Shown here: positions 17,021 through 26,917 of the stretch, one piece after another
Layout: each line of letters opens with the position of its first letter
Position numbering within the stretch: position 1 is the stretch's first letter
DNA from: Patescibacteria group bacterium
GTDB taxonomy: Bacteria > Patescibacteriota > WWE3 > UBA101185 > UBA10185
Assembly: GCA_018825365.1 (NCBI GenBank)
Contig: JAHJEV010000003.1
Coordinates: 387,669 to 451,668 of the forward strand
Direction of reading: 5' to 3'
DNA length: 64,000 nt
Notes under the pieces: generated by a model
Seen by the model: the letters and a program-made list of their open reading frames with translations, nothing else
Databases searched by the model: none
What the model was told of the DNA's origin: nothing
Translations under genes and position numbers: made by a program

Positions 17021-17662
17021 TTGTTCGTGAGAGTCGTTACCGGAAACAAAATTGAAGAGATAAATAAGCAAAAATTCCAAGAAATGACTGGTGGTTACTC
17101 CCGTGTTGAAATTGATTTGGGTACCGGAGATGGAAGGTTTGTTTATAAAAATGCCCTCTTAAGAAAAGACACCCTTTTTATTGGGGTTGACCCGGCGGAA
17201 AAACAATTGGAAATTTATTCAAAAAAAGCTGCAAAAGAAAAGGTTCAAAATTTAATTTATGTAGTATCTTCCTTTGAGATGCTACCAAGCGAGCTTAGAG
17301 AAACTGCGGATAAAATATACGTGAGCTTTCCATGGGGTACCTTGCTCGAAAACATTGTTAAACCAACAAAGGGTGGCTTAGATAAACTTCTGGAGTTATT
17401 AAAAGAAAAAGGAGAACTAGAAATAATTTTGGGGTACGCGCAGGAACTTGAACCGTCAGAAACAAAAAGATTAAACCTTCCCCCAATTCACTTAGGTTTA
17501 ATAAACGATATTATAGTTCCGGCTTTTGAGGACAGATCCTTTCATGCAAAAGAATTTTACGAAATGAGCAAAGAACAGCTTGGGGGTGTAGAAACCACAT
17601 GGGCAAAAAAGCTTAGATTTGGCAGGGACAGGAAAATCTACAAACTAGTATTCTCCAAGTAA
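17021..17662 (+). CDS. KamB/NpmA-family 16S rRNA (adenine1408-N1)-methyltransferase homolog
   Basis: Motifs VEIDLGTGDGRFVYK, FIGVDP, SFPWGTLLE and C-terminal TWAKKLRFGRDRK, matching my recollection of NpmA/KamB. TTG start with an extended -10 (TGaTAAAAT) immediately upstream. Confidence 0.5.
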   Translation: MFVRVVTGNKIEEINKQKFQEMTGGYSRVEIDLGTGDGRFVYKNALLRKDTLFIGVDPAEKQLEIYSKKAAKEKVQNLIYVVSSFEMLPSELRETADKIYVSFPWGTLLENIVKPTKGGLDKLLELLKEKGELEIILGYAQELEPSETKRLNLPPIHLGLINDIIVPAFEDRSFHAKEFYEMSKEQLGGVETTWAKKLRFGRDRKIYKLVFSK

Positions 17663-17668
17663 CTCCCA

Positions 17669-17866
17669 TTACCTTATTAATAATAAAAATATCGCAACTG
17701 CAACAACACCTATGATTAGTATTTTAATTATTGGTTTCTTCCAACTTAATTTCACCGGGGATGTTTCTTTCGGAGCCTCTACTATTGGTTCTTCAGCAAC
17801 TGGTGTAGCAACCGGAGCTTCCGGAACTTGCGGCATCGGAACGTTTTTTTCTTCCAATTTAATCAC
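17669..17866 (-). CDS. Small Pro/Glu-rich membrane-anchored protein
   Basis: AGGAGG SD, then GTG/TTG start. C-terminal TM helix IIKILIIGVVAVAIFLLLI. Confidence 0.35.
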   Translation of the reverse strand: MIKLEEKNVPMPQVPEAPVATPVAEEPIVEAPKETSPVKLSWKKPIIKILIIGVVAVAIFLLLIR

Positions 17867-17959
17867 CTCCTATTTAATGCTATCACTTTTGAAAATCCAT
17901 TACTATTAATGTATCATCTCAGTACTATAAGAAAATATATCGCATAGAAGGAGGCGAAA

Positions 17960-18316
17960 ATGACCCACAAGTTTTTGATTTCAATCGATACCTGTCAAGG
18001 ACTCCGGTATGATCAACTCACAACTTACCTTTATGAAAACGGGTTAGTAAAGAACTTGGTACAGGGAAATGTGTCCCAAGATGGATCGGAGGGAACGGTT
18101 TATGCCTATGTAAGTAACAAACAGAGATTTCTGGCTTACTTAAACAGACGGAAATTAAACCGAACCGCCGATGACCCAAGGGAGATGATCAGAAGTTTCC
18201 ACTACGAAGGGAGAATATATGTTCGCCCTCCGGATGACGAAGAGATAAAGACTAGTCAAAATCTGAAAAGAATGAGGAAACGAACCAACGTATCTGGGAA
18301 TGGTGTAAAATTCTAA
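17960..18316 (+). CDS. Hypothetical protein
   Basis: 118-aa ORF preceded by gaaggaggcgaaaATG. Confidence 0.45.
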   Translation: MTHKFLISIDTCQGLRYDQLTTYLYENGLVKNLVQGNVSQDGSEGTVYAYVSNKQRFLAYLNRRKLNRTADDPREMIRSFHYEGRIYVRPPDDEEIKTSQNLKRMRKRTNVSGNGVKF

Positions 18317-18416
18317 CAACCTACCTACAACAACCACTTTTGGATAACAGAGGTGGCTGTTCTTTTTCTCTAAACATCTAAAGGGTGATAAAATACAAAA
18401 GTACAAAGGCATTTAT

Positions 18417-18492
18417 CGGGGTGTGGCGCAGTTGGTAGCGCGCACGTATGGGGTGCGTGAGGTCGCAGGTTCGAGCCCTGTCACCCCGACCA
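18417..18492 (+). tRNA. tRNA-Pro (anticodon GGG)
   Basis: Manually folded. Acceptor CGGGGTG/CACCCCG, D-stem GCGC/GCGC, anticodon loop ATGGGGT, T-loop TTCGAGC, encoded CCA. Confidence 0.8.
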
Positions 18493-18538
18493 AAGATTCT
18501 TGGGGAGTTTTAACTATTAGTGTTATTGATTTATTATC

Positions 18539-19375
18539 TTACTTAATCCCGAGTGCCGCGTTGATCACAGGCTCCATAGCATCGTAACCGTACGCCCCGG
18601 CAAAGTTTGTGGTATTTATATAAAATCCCGGCGTCCCATTCACCCCTACACTAGAAGCTAAGCCCATATCCGCAGTCAACTGGCTATCATACTTTCCGCT
18701 ATCGAGACAAGATTTCATGTTACTTGCGTTAATTACGGAGCCTAAAAAGTCAGCCAATACACCGGACTGAGTCTTATCATTTTTCACAGTATTATTCATC
18801 AGATTATATCCGGTATTGCTCATAATAAGATCATTCACCTCCCAAAATTTTCGCATTTCAAATGCGCAGTACAAGGCTTTCATCCCCATTTCCCCACTCC
18901 CATGCCCTGGGAAATAAATTAACGCAAACGATGCTTTACCCTGATCGACTAGTTTTCTTATTTCTGGAACCGGGGCTAGATATGTTCCACCATCCTCTAC
19001 CAACTTAAACTGACCTGTGTTAAGTTCTTTATTCTTTCCCCCGGCAATCTGGCAATAAGGACAGCTAGGATCTGATACTTCAAGGATAACCAACTTTCCG
19101 TTAGCATCTCCAAACTTTATCGCAGCTTTATTAATGGCATCTTTTATCTGGGCGAGTTCTATTTTTGGTTGTTGCGGTTGTTGATTTGCGCCAGTAGTAG
19201 TTTCGGTACCTTGCGCACTCTTGCCGACGTTTTTTTCCAACATTTGTACCTTGGTCAAAAGCGACCCTATTACAAAAGCTGCAACAACAAGCACTATAAC
19301 TAAAGCTATTTGAACAATTTGATTATTTAAGATTGAAGATATCTTTTTACTTGAGCTGTGTTTTTCCATAAGCAC
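18539..19375 (-). CDS. DsbA-family thiol:disulfide oxidoreductase with N-terminal TM anchor
   Basis: CPYC active-site motif in a thioredoxin-like domain. Confidence 0.7.
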   Translation of the reverse strand: MLMEKHSSSKKISSILNNQIVQIALVIVLVVAAFVIGSLLTKVQMLEKNVGKSAQGTETTTGANQQPQQPKIELAQIKDAINKAAIKFGDANGKLVILEVSDPSCPYCQIAGGKNKELNTGQFKLVEDGGTYLAPVPEIRKLVDQGKASFALIYFPGHGSGEMGMKALYCAFEMRKFWEVNDLIMSNTGYNLMNNTVKNDKTQSGVLADFLGSVINASNMKSCLDSGKYDSQLTADMGLASSVGVNGTPGFYINTTNFAGAYGYDAMEPVINAALGIK

Positions 19376-19445
19376 TCCTTAAATTTGTTATTGCGAAATG
19401 ATATCCTTATTTTCTGCGAGTCGCAACTTTTAAATCTTGAAAAAA

Positions 19446-20414
19446 TTATTCTATGACTTCTCTGACCATGTAGGTTTTTCTTCCGGATGACTCAAAGTAT
19501 GTTCTTATCATAAGCTCCCCCAGCATACCCAACATCATCGATTGAACTCCAACTATTATAAGTAAAACCGAGAGAGTTAAAAGGGGTCTGTTTCCAATAC
19601 TGTGACCAAGCAACTTTAAAACCAAAAGATATATCCCAGCCAACCCACCAACTCCAGAAATCATCGCCCCGGTAAATCCGAAAAGTCTTCCCGGCATAGC
19701 TTTAAACGGCTTTCTTGCGTAATAAAGCAGGAAAAAAAGGGTCATAATATCAAGCATTACTTTAAATGTTCTTTTGTGGTCTTTATAATAAGAAACCCCG
19801 AAATCCCTGTCTTTAAAATCAACATCAAATTCAGTCATTTTCGCACCGAACACACTCACATAATCAGGTATGAACCTATGCATTTCTCCATATAATCTTA
19901 GGTTTTTAACAATTTCTCTTCTGAAACCCTTCATTCCGGAACCTCTGTCTTTCATGTGAACTCCGGAAATTTTTCCGATAATAAAATTGGCGAGGCCGCT
20001 TTGTTTTGCTCTTCCGCTTTTTCCCGCACTCCATCTTTGAGCTCTATTTGTGTTTACAAAATCGTATCCTTCATCCAAAAGGTCGATTATTTTATTTATA
20101 TTTTCAAGCGGGGTCTCCAAATCTGCAGATACTGTGATTACATAATCTCCGGCGGCTATATCAAAACCTGCCGCATAGGCGCAGCTCTGACCAAAATTAG
20201 TCATTAGGTTTACTCCTCTTACCTCGAGGTGGGTGTTTGCATATTTCCTAATGACCTTCCAAGTACCATCTTTACTGCCGTCGTCCACCACAATAATTTC
20301 AAACACATACCTGTGGTTTTGGATAAGCTTAAATAATTCATCTAAGGTTCTATTAATATTTTCTTCCTCGTTGTAACAAGGAATTATTATCGATACAAGT
20401 CTATTTTTTTCCAT
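19446..20414 (-). CDS. GT2 family glycosyltransferase (polyprenyl-phosphate sugar transferase-like) with C-terminal TM helices
   Basis: SIIIPCYNEE...VVDDGSKD...DADL motifs of GT-A family 2. Confidence 0.8.
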   Translation of the reverse strand: MEKNRLVSIIIPCYNEEENINRTLDELFKLIQNHRYVFEIIVVDDGSKDGTWKVIRKYANTHLEVRGVNLMTNFGQSCAYAAGFDIAAGDYVITVSADLETPLENINKIIDLLDEGYDFVNTNRAQRWSAGKSGRAKQSGLANFIIGKISGVHMKDRGSGMKGFRREIVKNLRLYGEMHRFIPDYVSVFGAKMTEFDVDFKDRDFGVSYYKDHKRTFKVMLDIMTLFFLLYYARKPFKAMPGRLFGFTGAMISGVGGLAGIYLLVLKLLGHSIGNRPLLTLSVLLIIVGVQSMMLGMLGELMIRTYFESSGRKTYMVREVIE

Positions 20415-21346
20415 ATTTTTTCCTTAAACCAATCGACCTCTTTCTTAAGGCCATCTTGAGGCTTCGTAGTTGGATTATACCCCAAAATCTCCCTTGCTTT
20501 TTCGATAGTTGCCCGTGTCTCCAGCTGATCGCCCTGTCTTGGCGGCTTAATATCGTATATGGCCTTTTTACCCAAATAATCCTCAATTATTTTAATTCCC
20601 TCGCCTGTTGTAATTGCGCTATCAAGTCCAAGGTTAAATATCTCACCTATACACTTATTAATATTATTAAGAATCGAGACATAACCATCAATCATATCTC
20701 CTATGTATGTATAACTCCTCAAGTGCTTTTCACTTCCTTCATAAAATGGGAAAGGAACATCATTTAGAATTGAGTTGATAACTTTCGGATAGAGTTTATC
20801 CGGTCTTTCCCTCTCACCATATACAGAAAACGGTCTTACTGAGCACACTGGAAATTTTTTATCCCTTTGATAAGCAAGTATAAGCTGCTCTGCAGCGAGT
20901 TTTGTAACACCGTAGTAAGAGGTTGGTTTGGGAGGGGTATTTTCATCATCCATAGCGTGTACCCCATAAACCGAAGATGTGGATGTGTTTACGAAAATTC
21001 TAAGATCCGGAATATTCTTTAAAGCCTGATACAAATTTTCTGTTGCGTTAATATTGTTTTTAATAAAACTATCAAGAGGAACATCCGCTGATATTCCGGG
21101 CTGTGCAGCAAAATGAAAAACCGCCCCAACACCTTCCAGCACGTCATCTATCTTATCTGTTACTAAATCAAGTTCGTGAACTCTTATTCTCTGTTTTTCA
21201 AGATCTAAAGCGTTAAGCTTTTTCAAATCTACGCAGTAATAAGGACTAAAATTATCAATTCCAACGACTTCGTGTCCAAGTGAGTGTAACCTTTCGGAAA
21301 GATGGAAACCTATAAATCCTGCTGCACCAGTTACAAGTATCTTCAT
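20387..21346 (-). CDS. NAD-dependent epimerase/dehydratase (SDR)
   Basis: MKILVTGAAGFIGFHL Rossmann motif and YGVTKLAAE catalytic YxxxK. Confidence 0.8.
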   Translation of the reverse strand: MKILVTGAAGFIGFHLSERLHSLGHEVVGIDNFSPYYCVDLKKLNALDLEKQRIRVHELDLVTDKIDDVLEGVGAVFHFAAQPGISADVPLDSFIKNNINATENLYQALKNIPDLRIFVNTSTSSVYGVHAMDDENTPPKPTSYYGVTKLAAEQLILAYQRDKKFPVCSVRPFSVYGERERPDKLYPKVINSILNDVPFPFYEGSEKHLRSYTYIGDMIDGYVSILNNINKCIGEIFNLGLDSAITTGEGIKIIEDYLGKKAIYDIKPPRQGDQLETRATIEKAREILGYNPTTKPQDGLKKEVDWFKEKIWKKIDLYR

Positions 21347-21474
21347 ATCTATTTATTTTAACAGAATTTACATCACGTTTTTGTCACTCCATACCGAAAA
21401 AAATCAAGAGAGAAAAAAGTAAACCCCCTTCTATTTCTAAAAGAGGGTTTTTGGCGTGGAGACCAACTTGTTAA

Positions 21475-21750
21475 CTATTTGGTATCGAGGCCGTTTTTTC
21501 TTATAAACAACTTTTCTTTTCCTTTCAAGTCAATAACCCCAAACAGTAGGGCAATAATGATGGTGGTAAACAGACACAGTACAATGAAGAAAAGTATACC
21601 GCCAACAAGAACTGCAATGCTGTCGTTGTAAGAAACTCGGCTAAGAGCGGTTAAGACAATTGCTGCTCCAAAACACCACACAATTGTTGATAAAAGAAAG
21701 CTTGCCACGAGTTTTCCTTTATCGATTTTGGGATTTAAAGTCCATCTCAT
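21475..21750 (-). CDS. Small membrane protein
   Basis: 91-aa ORF with two hydrophobic helices. Confidence 0.3.
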   Translation of the reverse strand: MRWTLNPKIDKGKLVASFLLSTIVWCFGAAIVLTALSRVSYNDSIAVLVGGILFFIVLCLFTTIIIALLFGVIDLKGKEKLFIRKNGLDTK

Positions 21751-21852
21751 AACTCTCTCCTTTTTGAATGGTCCAACTTCGAATATCAGTGTGATTATCG
21801 CCTAAAAAGCTAAAATAATCAACCATAGCCTCTTAATGTGTAATACCTTGAC

Positions 21853-22236
21853 TCAGGACTTTTTCTGTGGAAGTACTTGACAAGATTTACTAATATTAGG
21901 CTCCCCACCATATTCAGGATAATCAAGGTTCTCTAAAGATTTTTTCCCATTAAACCAATTCAAAATATTTGAAATGGTAACACCGATTTTCAAACCTGTG
22001 AAAGAACCGGGCCCTAGATTCGGAATAAATTCAGAAACATCCCCGACCTTTATTTTTTCCTTTTTCAAAAAATCCCGAATCGTCCCAACAATATCGATAT
22101 TTCCACTCTTTTTCTGCAAAACTTTCTCTTCACCATCAGTTACCTTGGTTAACCTCACCTCTTTTTCATCTCTTTTGGAGGAGTCTATATAAATTTTATA
22201 TTCTGATTTTTCTGCTGTTTTCATCGACATATTCAA
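21853..22236 (-). CDS. tsaB: Truncated TsaB-like t6A biosynthesis protein (N-terminal domain only)
   Basis: NLGPGSFTGLKIGV motif. 127 aa versus ~220 aa typical. Immediately downstream of tsaE. Confidence 0.55.
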   Translation of the reverse strand: MNMSMKTAEKSEYKIYIDSSKRDEKEVRLTKVTDGEEKVLQKKSGNIDIVGTIRDFLKKEKIKVGDVSEFIPNLGPGSFTGLKIGVTISNILNWFNGKKSLENLDYPEYGGEPNISKSCQVLPQKKS

Positions 22237-22594
22237 AATAAATTCTAATTGTATTTTCAGGTAATAGATTCTCTGCTAACTCCGGCCACTCAATTATCAT
22301 GATAGAATTTTCATCTTCAATCATCTCCTTTATGCCCAGGTCCCCAACCTCTTTTTCCGAAATTATTCTATACAAGTCAATGTGATTTACATGCCCGTAT
22401 TTCCTGGCGATTACAAACGTTGGACTCTGAACCCTATTTTTTAAACCTAAACTCTCAACCAAATATCTCGTAAAGGTAGTTTTACCACTACCCAAATCAC
22501 CATATAAAGCTAGTGTGTCCCCCAATTTTGTCTTTTCTGCTATTTCAGAAGCAAGTTTTTTAGTTTCTTCGGTAGAGTGGGTAATAATTTCCAT
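22196..22594 (-). CDS. tsaE: tRNA threonylcarbamoyladenosine biosynthesis ATPase TsaE
   Basis: GDLGSGKTTFTR Walker A and SPTFVIARKY motifs. Confidence 0.8.
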   Translation of the reverse strand: MEIITHSTEETKKLASEIAEKTKLGDTLALYGDLGSGKTTFTRYLVESLGLKNRVQSPTFVIARKYGHVNHIDLYRIISEKEVGDLGIKEMIEDENSIMIIEWPELAENLLPENTIRIYFEYVDENSRKIRI

Positions 22595-22911
22595 AAAAGT
22601 ATTCCCGAAATAATTGCACCAAGAGTATCTACACCAAGATCAAAAATGCTGCAAGATCTACCGAGTATTGTTAACTGATGTAGCTCATCGAAAACCGCAT
22701 AAGATACCGTCATAACAATGGAAAGAGGTATGTCTTTCGTTGCTTTAAAAAAAGCAATGCAAAGAATTATGAAAAGTATAAAGTGACCTGATATCTCCGA
22801 GGGCTCATTCCCAACTATTGATCTGTTTACCGCCTCTCCATTAATCGAGGAGAGAGCGTAGATGAGAAGCATTACAAATATTGCAGGTATCCAGTTTCTT
22901 AAAATCTTCAC
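22540..22911 (-). CDS. VanZ-family membrane protein
   Basis: YAVFDELHQLTILGRSCSIFDLGVDTLG, characteristic of VanZ-like proteins. Confidence 0.55.
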   Translation of the reverse strand: MKILRNWIPAIFVMLLIYALSSINGEAVNRSIVGNEPSEISGHFILFIILCIAFFKATKDIPLSIVMTVSYAVFDELHQLTILGRSCSIFDLGVDTLGAIISGILLWKLLPTLPKKLKNLLLK

Positions 22912-23572
22912 TTATTGATTGTATCATTTCCTTTTTATTCTTAGGCTTTTGAGATAAGAAGCCAAAAATAGCAGCCGCAAGAAATAAACCAATACTAAAA
23001 TATAAGTAGAGTTTCTTTGGAATATTTTCTATAAATCCCAGGTATGAGCTTTTGTAGCTTTGTGATGTTTCCATAACTTCAAAAACCTCGTTATTCTTTT
23101 CTTTTGTTGTATCTTCATAGTTTGAAAGGCTATAATTTATTTCCTCCACGTATCCATCATAGATTTTTTCGCCCCAAATATTTTTCTTGGGCGTAAAATA
23201 AGTTTTTCCATCTCTCAAACTTTCTATTTCAAACCAAAGATAAGTTTTATTAACATTTAAATTTTGGAGTCTAATAAGCATGTTCTCAGATATTTTCGGC
23301 AAATAATCCGTAGAAGAGAAACTTCCCGCCCACTCCTTATTCTCAGGATTAAATATCTCTACAGTTCCGTTTCCTGTCAAAGGCTTGACCACAAAATCTT
23401 TATTTTCATAACCAGAAAAAAGATAGGAAAAGTAAACTTCAGTTTCGGTGTTTTCTGGAACTAAATATTCCTTTAAAGAGAAGTCGAAATTAGTAAACAA
23501 AGCATAAGAGACACTAACTAAATAAAATAGGACAACAAAAAAGATAAATGTTTTAAAAAATATTGTTCTCAC
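22841..23572 (-). CDS. Hypothetical protein with N-terminal TM anchor
   Basis: 243-aa ORF, hydrophobic N-terminus. Confidence 0.4.
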   Translation of the reverse strand: MRTIFFKTFIFFVVLFYLVSVSYALFTNFDFSLKEYLVPENTETEVYFSYLFSGYENKDFVVKPLTGNGTVEIFNPENKEWAGSFSSTDYLPKISENMLIRLQNLNVNKTYLWFEIESLRDGKTYFTPKKNIWGEKIYDGYVEEINYSLSNYEDTTKEKNNEVFEVMETSQSYKSSYLGFIENIPKKLYLYFSIGLFLAAAIFGFLSQKPKNKKEMIQSISEDFKKLDTCNICNASHLRSLLD

Positions 23573-23636
23573 ACAGAGTTATTTTTACCGAAGGTAGGTA
23601 AGAAACAAGATATTAAAATCTACTAAGAATGGAAAT

Positions 23637-24878
23637 TTATCTTAAATGCCAATAAACAGTCATGTAGCCGCCACTATGGAATATGAAGACACCGTTTCCT
23701 CCATCGCCCATGCAGTTTCTACAAAAATAAGCTTTTCCGCCTGCAACAGCATAAACTATTGATCCGACCTTTCCGTACATATCATACGCGGGGTGAGCTT
23801 TCCCACCATAATATATCGAAGACCAGCAGGTGTCTCCAAAACCCTGAGAAATCGTTGGGCTGCTAAGCGGCCACCTCCAGCTTCCCTCCCCCACTGTTTT
23901 ATTTGTTGCAGAACTACAACCAGTATTCCAATACACTGTTTTTTTCTCAAGTTTCTTTGCAGGATCAACATAATTTGAGTAATACCAATCCCACCCCTCT
24001 ATATCTTTAAATGACGAATACTTATAAACACCGAAATGTACGTGATCCCCAAAAGAATATCCCGTGTTACCCTGAATCCCGATAGCATCTCCAGCTTTAA
24101 CATCTTTGGATTTTTCATTTTTTAGTACTGCAACAGCCCTGGTAATTTGCAAAAGCTCTTTTCTTGCATCCTCCAGTCTCTTTTGAAATTTCGCCTCATC
24201 GTTTTGTGTCTGCTCAAGTAAAGCTTCTTTAACATTTTTTTGATCTTCTAAAGATGCTCTATATGAATCAAGGTTTGCCTTCTCAACCTCAAGCTGTCTC
24301 TTTAGAGTTTCCTGTTCTTGTTTTGATTCCTGAAAAAGTCTTTTCTGTTCTTCAAAATTTCTCTTGGATTTATCCATATCCTTAATCATCTTATCGTCGT
24401 TTATCTCCATCACCTTTAGATACTCTGACTTTTTTACAAGTTGGTTCAAAGTATCACTTCCAAAAAGAATCATCAAAAACGAATCATCCTTCTCCTTGTA
24501 TCTTTCTCTCATTCTTGAGCCTAAAACGCTTCTTTGATGGTCTATTGATTTCTCCAATTTATCTATTCTTTGAGCCAAATCACTAATATCCCCTGCAAGT
24601 TTCTGGATCTTTTGTTCTGTCTTTTGAATATTGGCAATTGAGTTTTGAATTTTATACTGTGTAAGAGATATCTGTCCGTCCATATAAGAAATCTCGTTCT
24701 GAAGGGTAACCTCCTTACCGCGAAGGTCGCTTAATACCTTCTCCAAACAAGAAACTTTAAGCTCGGGATTGGAAATGCTATCGCATTTACTCGCTGCAAT
24801 AACTGGGGTGACAAAAACTGATAAAATCAGCACAAAAGACGCAATAAAAGCACAGATAAAAAGGCTTTTAATCCTCAT
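23637..24878 (-). CDS. M23 family peptidase with long coiled-coil (EnvC-like murein hydrolase activator)
   Basis: N-terminal signal, ~250-aa coiled coil. C-terminal M23 motifs (GIQGNTGYSFGDHVHFGV). Confidence 0.8.
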   Translation of the reverse strand: MRIKSLFICAFIASFVLILSVFVTPVIAASKCDSISNPELKVSCLEKVLSDLRGKEVTLQNEISYMDGQISLTQYKIQNSIANIQKTEQKIQKLAGDISDLAQRIDKLEKSIDHQRSVLGSRMRERYKEKDDSFLMILFGSDTLNQLVKKSEYLKVMEINDDKMIKDMDKSKRNFEEQKRLFQESKQEQETLKRQLEVEKANLDSYRASLEDQKNVKEALLEQTQNDEAKFQKRLEDARKELLQITRAVAVLKNEKSKDVKAGDAIGIQGNTGYSFGDHVHFGVYKYSSFKDIEGWDWYYSNYVDPAKKLEKKTVYWNTGCSSATNKTVGEGSWRWPLSSPTISQGFGDTCWSSIYYGGKAHPAYDMYGKVGSIVYAVAGGKAYFCRNCMGDGGNGVFIFHSGGYMTVYWHLR

Positions 24879-24882
24879 ATAT

Positions 24883-25791
24883 TTAGTATTTCAAATACTT
24901 TTTGATTGCTGTTTTGCTTCCGAAGTATCCAAGCAAAAACCCGGATAAGAGGAGGATAAAAGCAAGAATTGTATTAAAAATTATCGGGTTTATAAAAAAT
25001 CCTGGGATAAAACCAATAGCCAAACCTTTCGAGAATATTCCCCATCTATCTATACCTACTCCCAAAAGTATGATTACACCAGAGGCCGCAGCTGCCGAAA
25101 CCATGCTAAAAAATACTCCTTCGTACATGAACGGGTCCCTAACATACGAATCGGAAGCACCCACAAGCTTCATTATTTCAAGCTCCTTTCCCCTAGCGTT
25201 AATAGATGTTCTTAATGCGGAAATAATAACCGAGTACGAAATCAGGAAAAATGAAACCACTAGAATAAAACCGACTATATAAACTGCCCTGCTGGTTGAA
25301 GCAAATCTTGAGACAACATCTTTGTAAAACCTAACCTCCTCAACCCCCTCCTGTGATTTATATTCATTTGTCAGCTTGTCCAAATTTCCGATGTTTTTGG
25401 CCTTCACTTCAAGACTGGCGGGCAAGATGCTTGCAGAAATTGATTCCAACAAAACCGGCTCATCCTTGTTTATCTCTTTGAAAATTCTTAAAGCCTCCTC
25501 TTTTGAAACGTAAGTTACAGACGCAACCCTGGCGTCATTCCCTATGTTTGCCTTCAAAGGCAGTATCTTGTCCTCACCAAAATCATCTTTGAAAAAAATT
25601 GTTATCTGCGCCTGATCTTCCAAGTATCTCAAAGCCGTCTGGGAGATTACAACGACATCTATGAAAATCCCCAGCAATAAAAAGGTAATTCCCATCAAGA
25701 GAAAGTTAGATACGCTCATTAATTTCTCTTTCTGAAGATGTCTTCGTAGATTTTCCCAAAATTTCGGCATTTTTGATGGTTTTTTAGACAC
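24883..25791 (-). CDS. ftsX: Cell division permease FtsX
   Basis: 4-TM FtsX topology. Start reassigned to GTG 25791 (AAGGAGGAaagtatcGTG), overlapping the ftsE stop by 8 nt. Confidence 0.8.
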   Translation of the reverse strand: MSKKPSKMPKFWENLRRHLQKEKLMSVSNFLLMGITFLLLGIFIDVVVISQTALRYLEDQAQITIFFKDDFGEDKILPLKANIGNDARVASVTYVSKEEALRIFKEINKDEPVLLESISASILPASLEVKAKNIGNLDKLTNEYKSQEGVEEVRFYKDVVSRFASTSRAVYIVGFILVVSFFLISYSVIISALRTSINARGKELEIMKLVGASDSYVRDPFMYEGVFFSMVSAAAASGVIILLGVGIDRWGIFSKGLAIGFIPGFFINPIIFNTILAFILLLSGFLLGYFGSKTAIKKYLKY

Positions 25792-26470
25792 GATACTTTC
25801 CTCCTTCTTGATCTGAAGTAATTTTACCTTCCTCAATCCTAATAACTCTTTTTTTGAGGGAGTCAACAATTCTTTCATCATGGGTTGCCATAATAACCGT
25901 AGTCCCAAGTGAATTAATCTTTTCTAAAATCTCAACTACTCCATCAGAGGAATCAGGATCAATCATTCCGGTTGCCTCATCGGCTACCAAAACATCCGGC
26001 TCGTGAGCCAAAGCTCTTGCAATTGCGACTCTTTGCTTTTCTCCACCGGAAAGCTGACTTGGAAAATAGTCTTTCTGATTTGTCAAACCTACCAAACTTA
26101 GAATGTTTGGGATAATATTTTTTATTTCCTCTTTATTAGTACCAACAACCTCCAAAGCCACAGCAACATTATCGTAAACAGTTTTTGAATCCAAAAGCTT
26201 GTAATCCTGGAAAACAACCCCGATTTTTCTTCTTAGATCAGGAACTTCCTCATGTGGAATATCCGAAACACTCTCGCCATTAAATTTAATTTCGCCGTCT
26301 GTTGGTCTTTCTTCTCCTATTAAAAGGCATACAATTGTTGATTTACCGGCTCCTGAAGGACCCACAATAAAAACGAATTCCCCACTATTAACATTGAACG
26401 AAACGCCATCCAAAACTTTTATGCCGGGGATATATTCCTTCGATACTTTCAAAAACTCAATCTGATGCAT
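25784..26470 (-). CDS. ftsE: Cell division ATP-binding protein FtsE
   Basis: GPSGAGKST Walker A, LSGGEKQRVAIARAL signature, Walker B. Confidence 0.9.
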   Translation of the reverse strand: MHQIEFLKVSKEYIPGIKVLDGVSFNVNSGEFVFIVGPSGAGKSTIVCLLIGEERPTDGEIKFNGESVSDIPHEEVPDLRRKIGVVFQDYKLLDSKTVYDNVAVALEVVGTNKEEIKNIIPNILSLVGLTNQKDYFPSQLSGGEKQRVAIARALAHEPDVLVADEATGMIDPDSSDGVVEILEKINSLGTTVIMATHDERIVDSLKKRVIRIEEGKITSDQEGGKYRV

Positions 26471-26891
26471 TTTTTATCACTACCTCCGAAACATCAATTA
26501 CATCCGTTTTTCCATCCTGCATTTTTGAAACACGCCCATAAATTCTAACATTCAAATTTTCAGCCAATGACAATTTTTGATCGTTTGCTCTTAAAAAATA
26601 AAGGGTCTTCCCGCTGGAGTCGTTTAGTGAATAAGAAACATTTTCAAGGGGATAGAGCTCTGGATTTGAATATAAAACCTTACCCTCGTAATACTTTCGT
26701 TCCTCAGCTGGCGCTGTTACTTGGGTTTGGTTATTGCTTTTTTCATCTTTATTTAACCTTCGATTTATAAAATAACCACCAAGAACTCCAATAAGGGTAA
26801 AGGAGATGAATACAAAGGCGAGTACGATTAATAATTTTCTGCCTTTTAGCTCTTCGGTTTTGGCATAAAGGCGTTTAAGCAGGTCTAACAT
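26457..26891 (-). CDS. Hypothetical membrane-anchored protein
   Basis: 144-aa ORF with N-terminal TM helix. Confidence 0.4.
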   Translation of the reverse strand: MLDLLKRLYAKTEELKGRKLLIVLAFVFISFTLIGVLGGYFINRRLNKDEKSNNQTQVTAPAEERKYYEGKVLYSNPELYPLENVSYSLNDSSGKTLYFLRANDQKLSLAENLNVRIYGRVSKMQDGKTDVIDVSEVVIKNASD

Positions 26892-26917
26892 AGTTAAGTC
26901 TATTATATATCAGAAGA

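Noticed and set aside
18330-18416. Possible DnaA box (TTGGATAAC) near tRNA-Pro
   Set aside because: It is a single imperfect match, not a cluster, and so is insufficient to call an origin.
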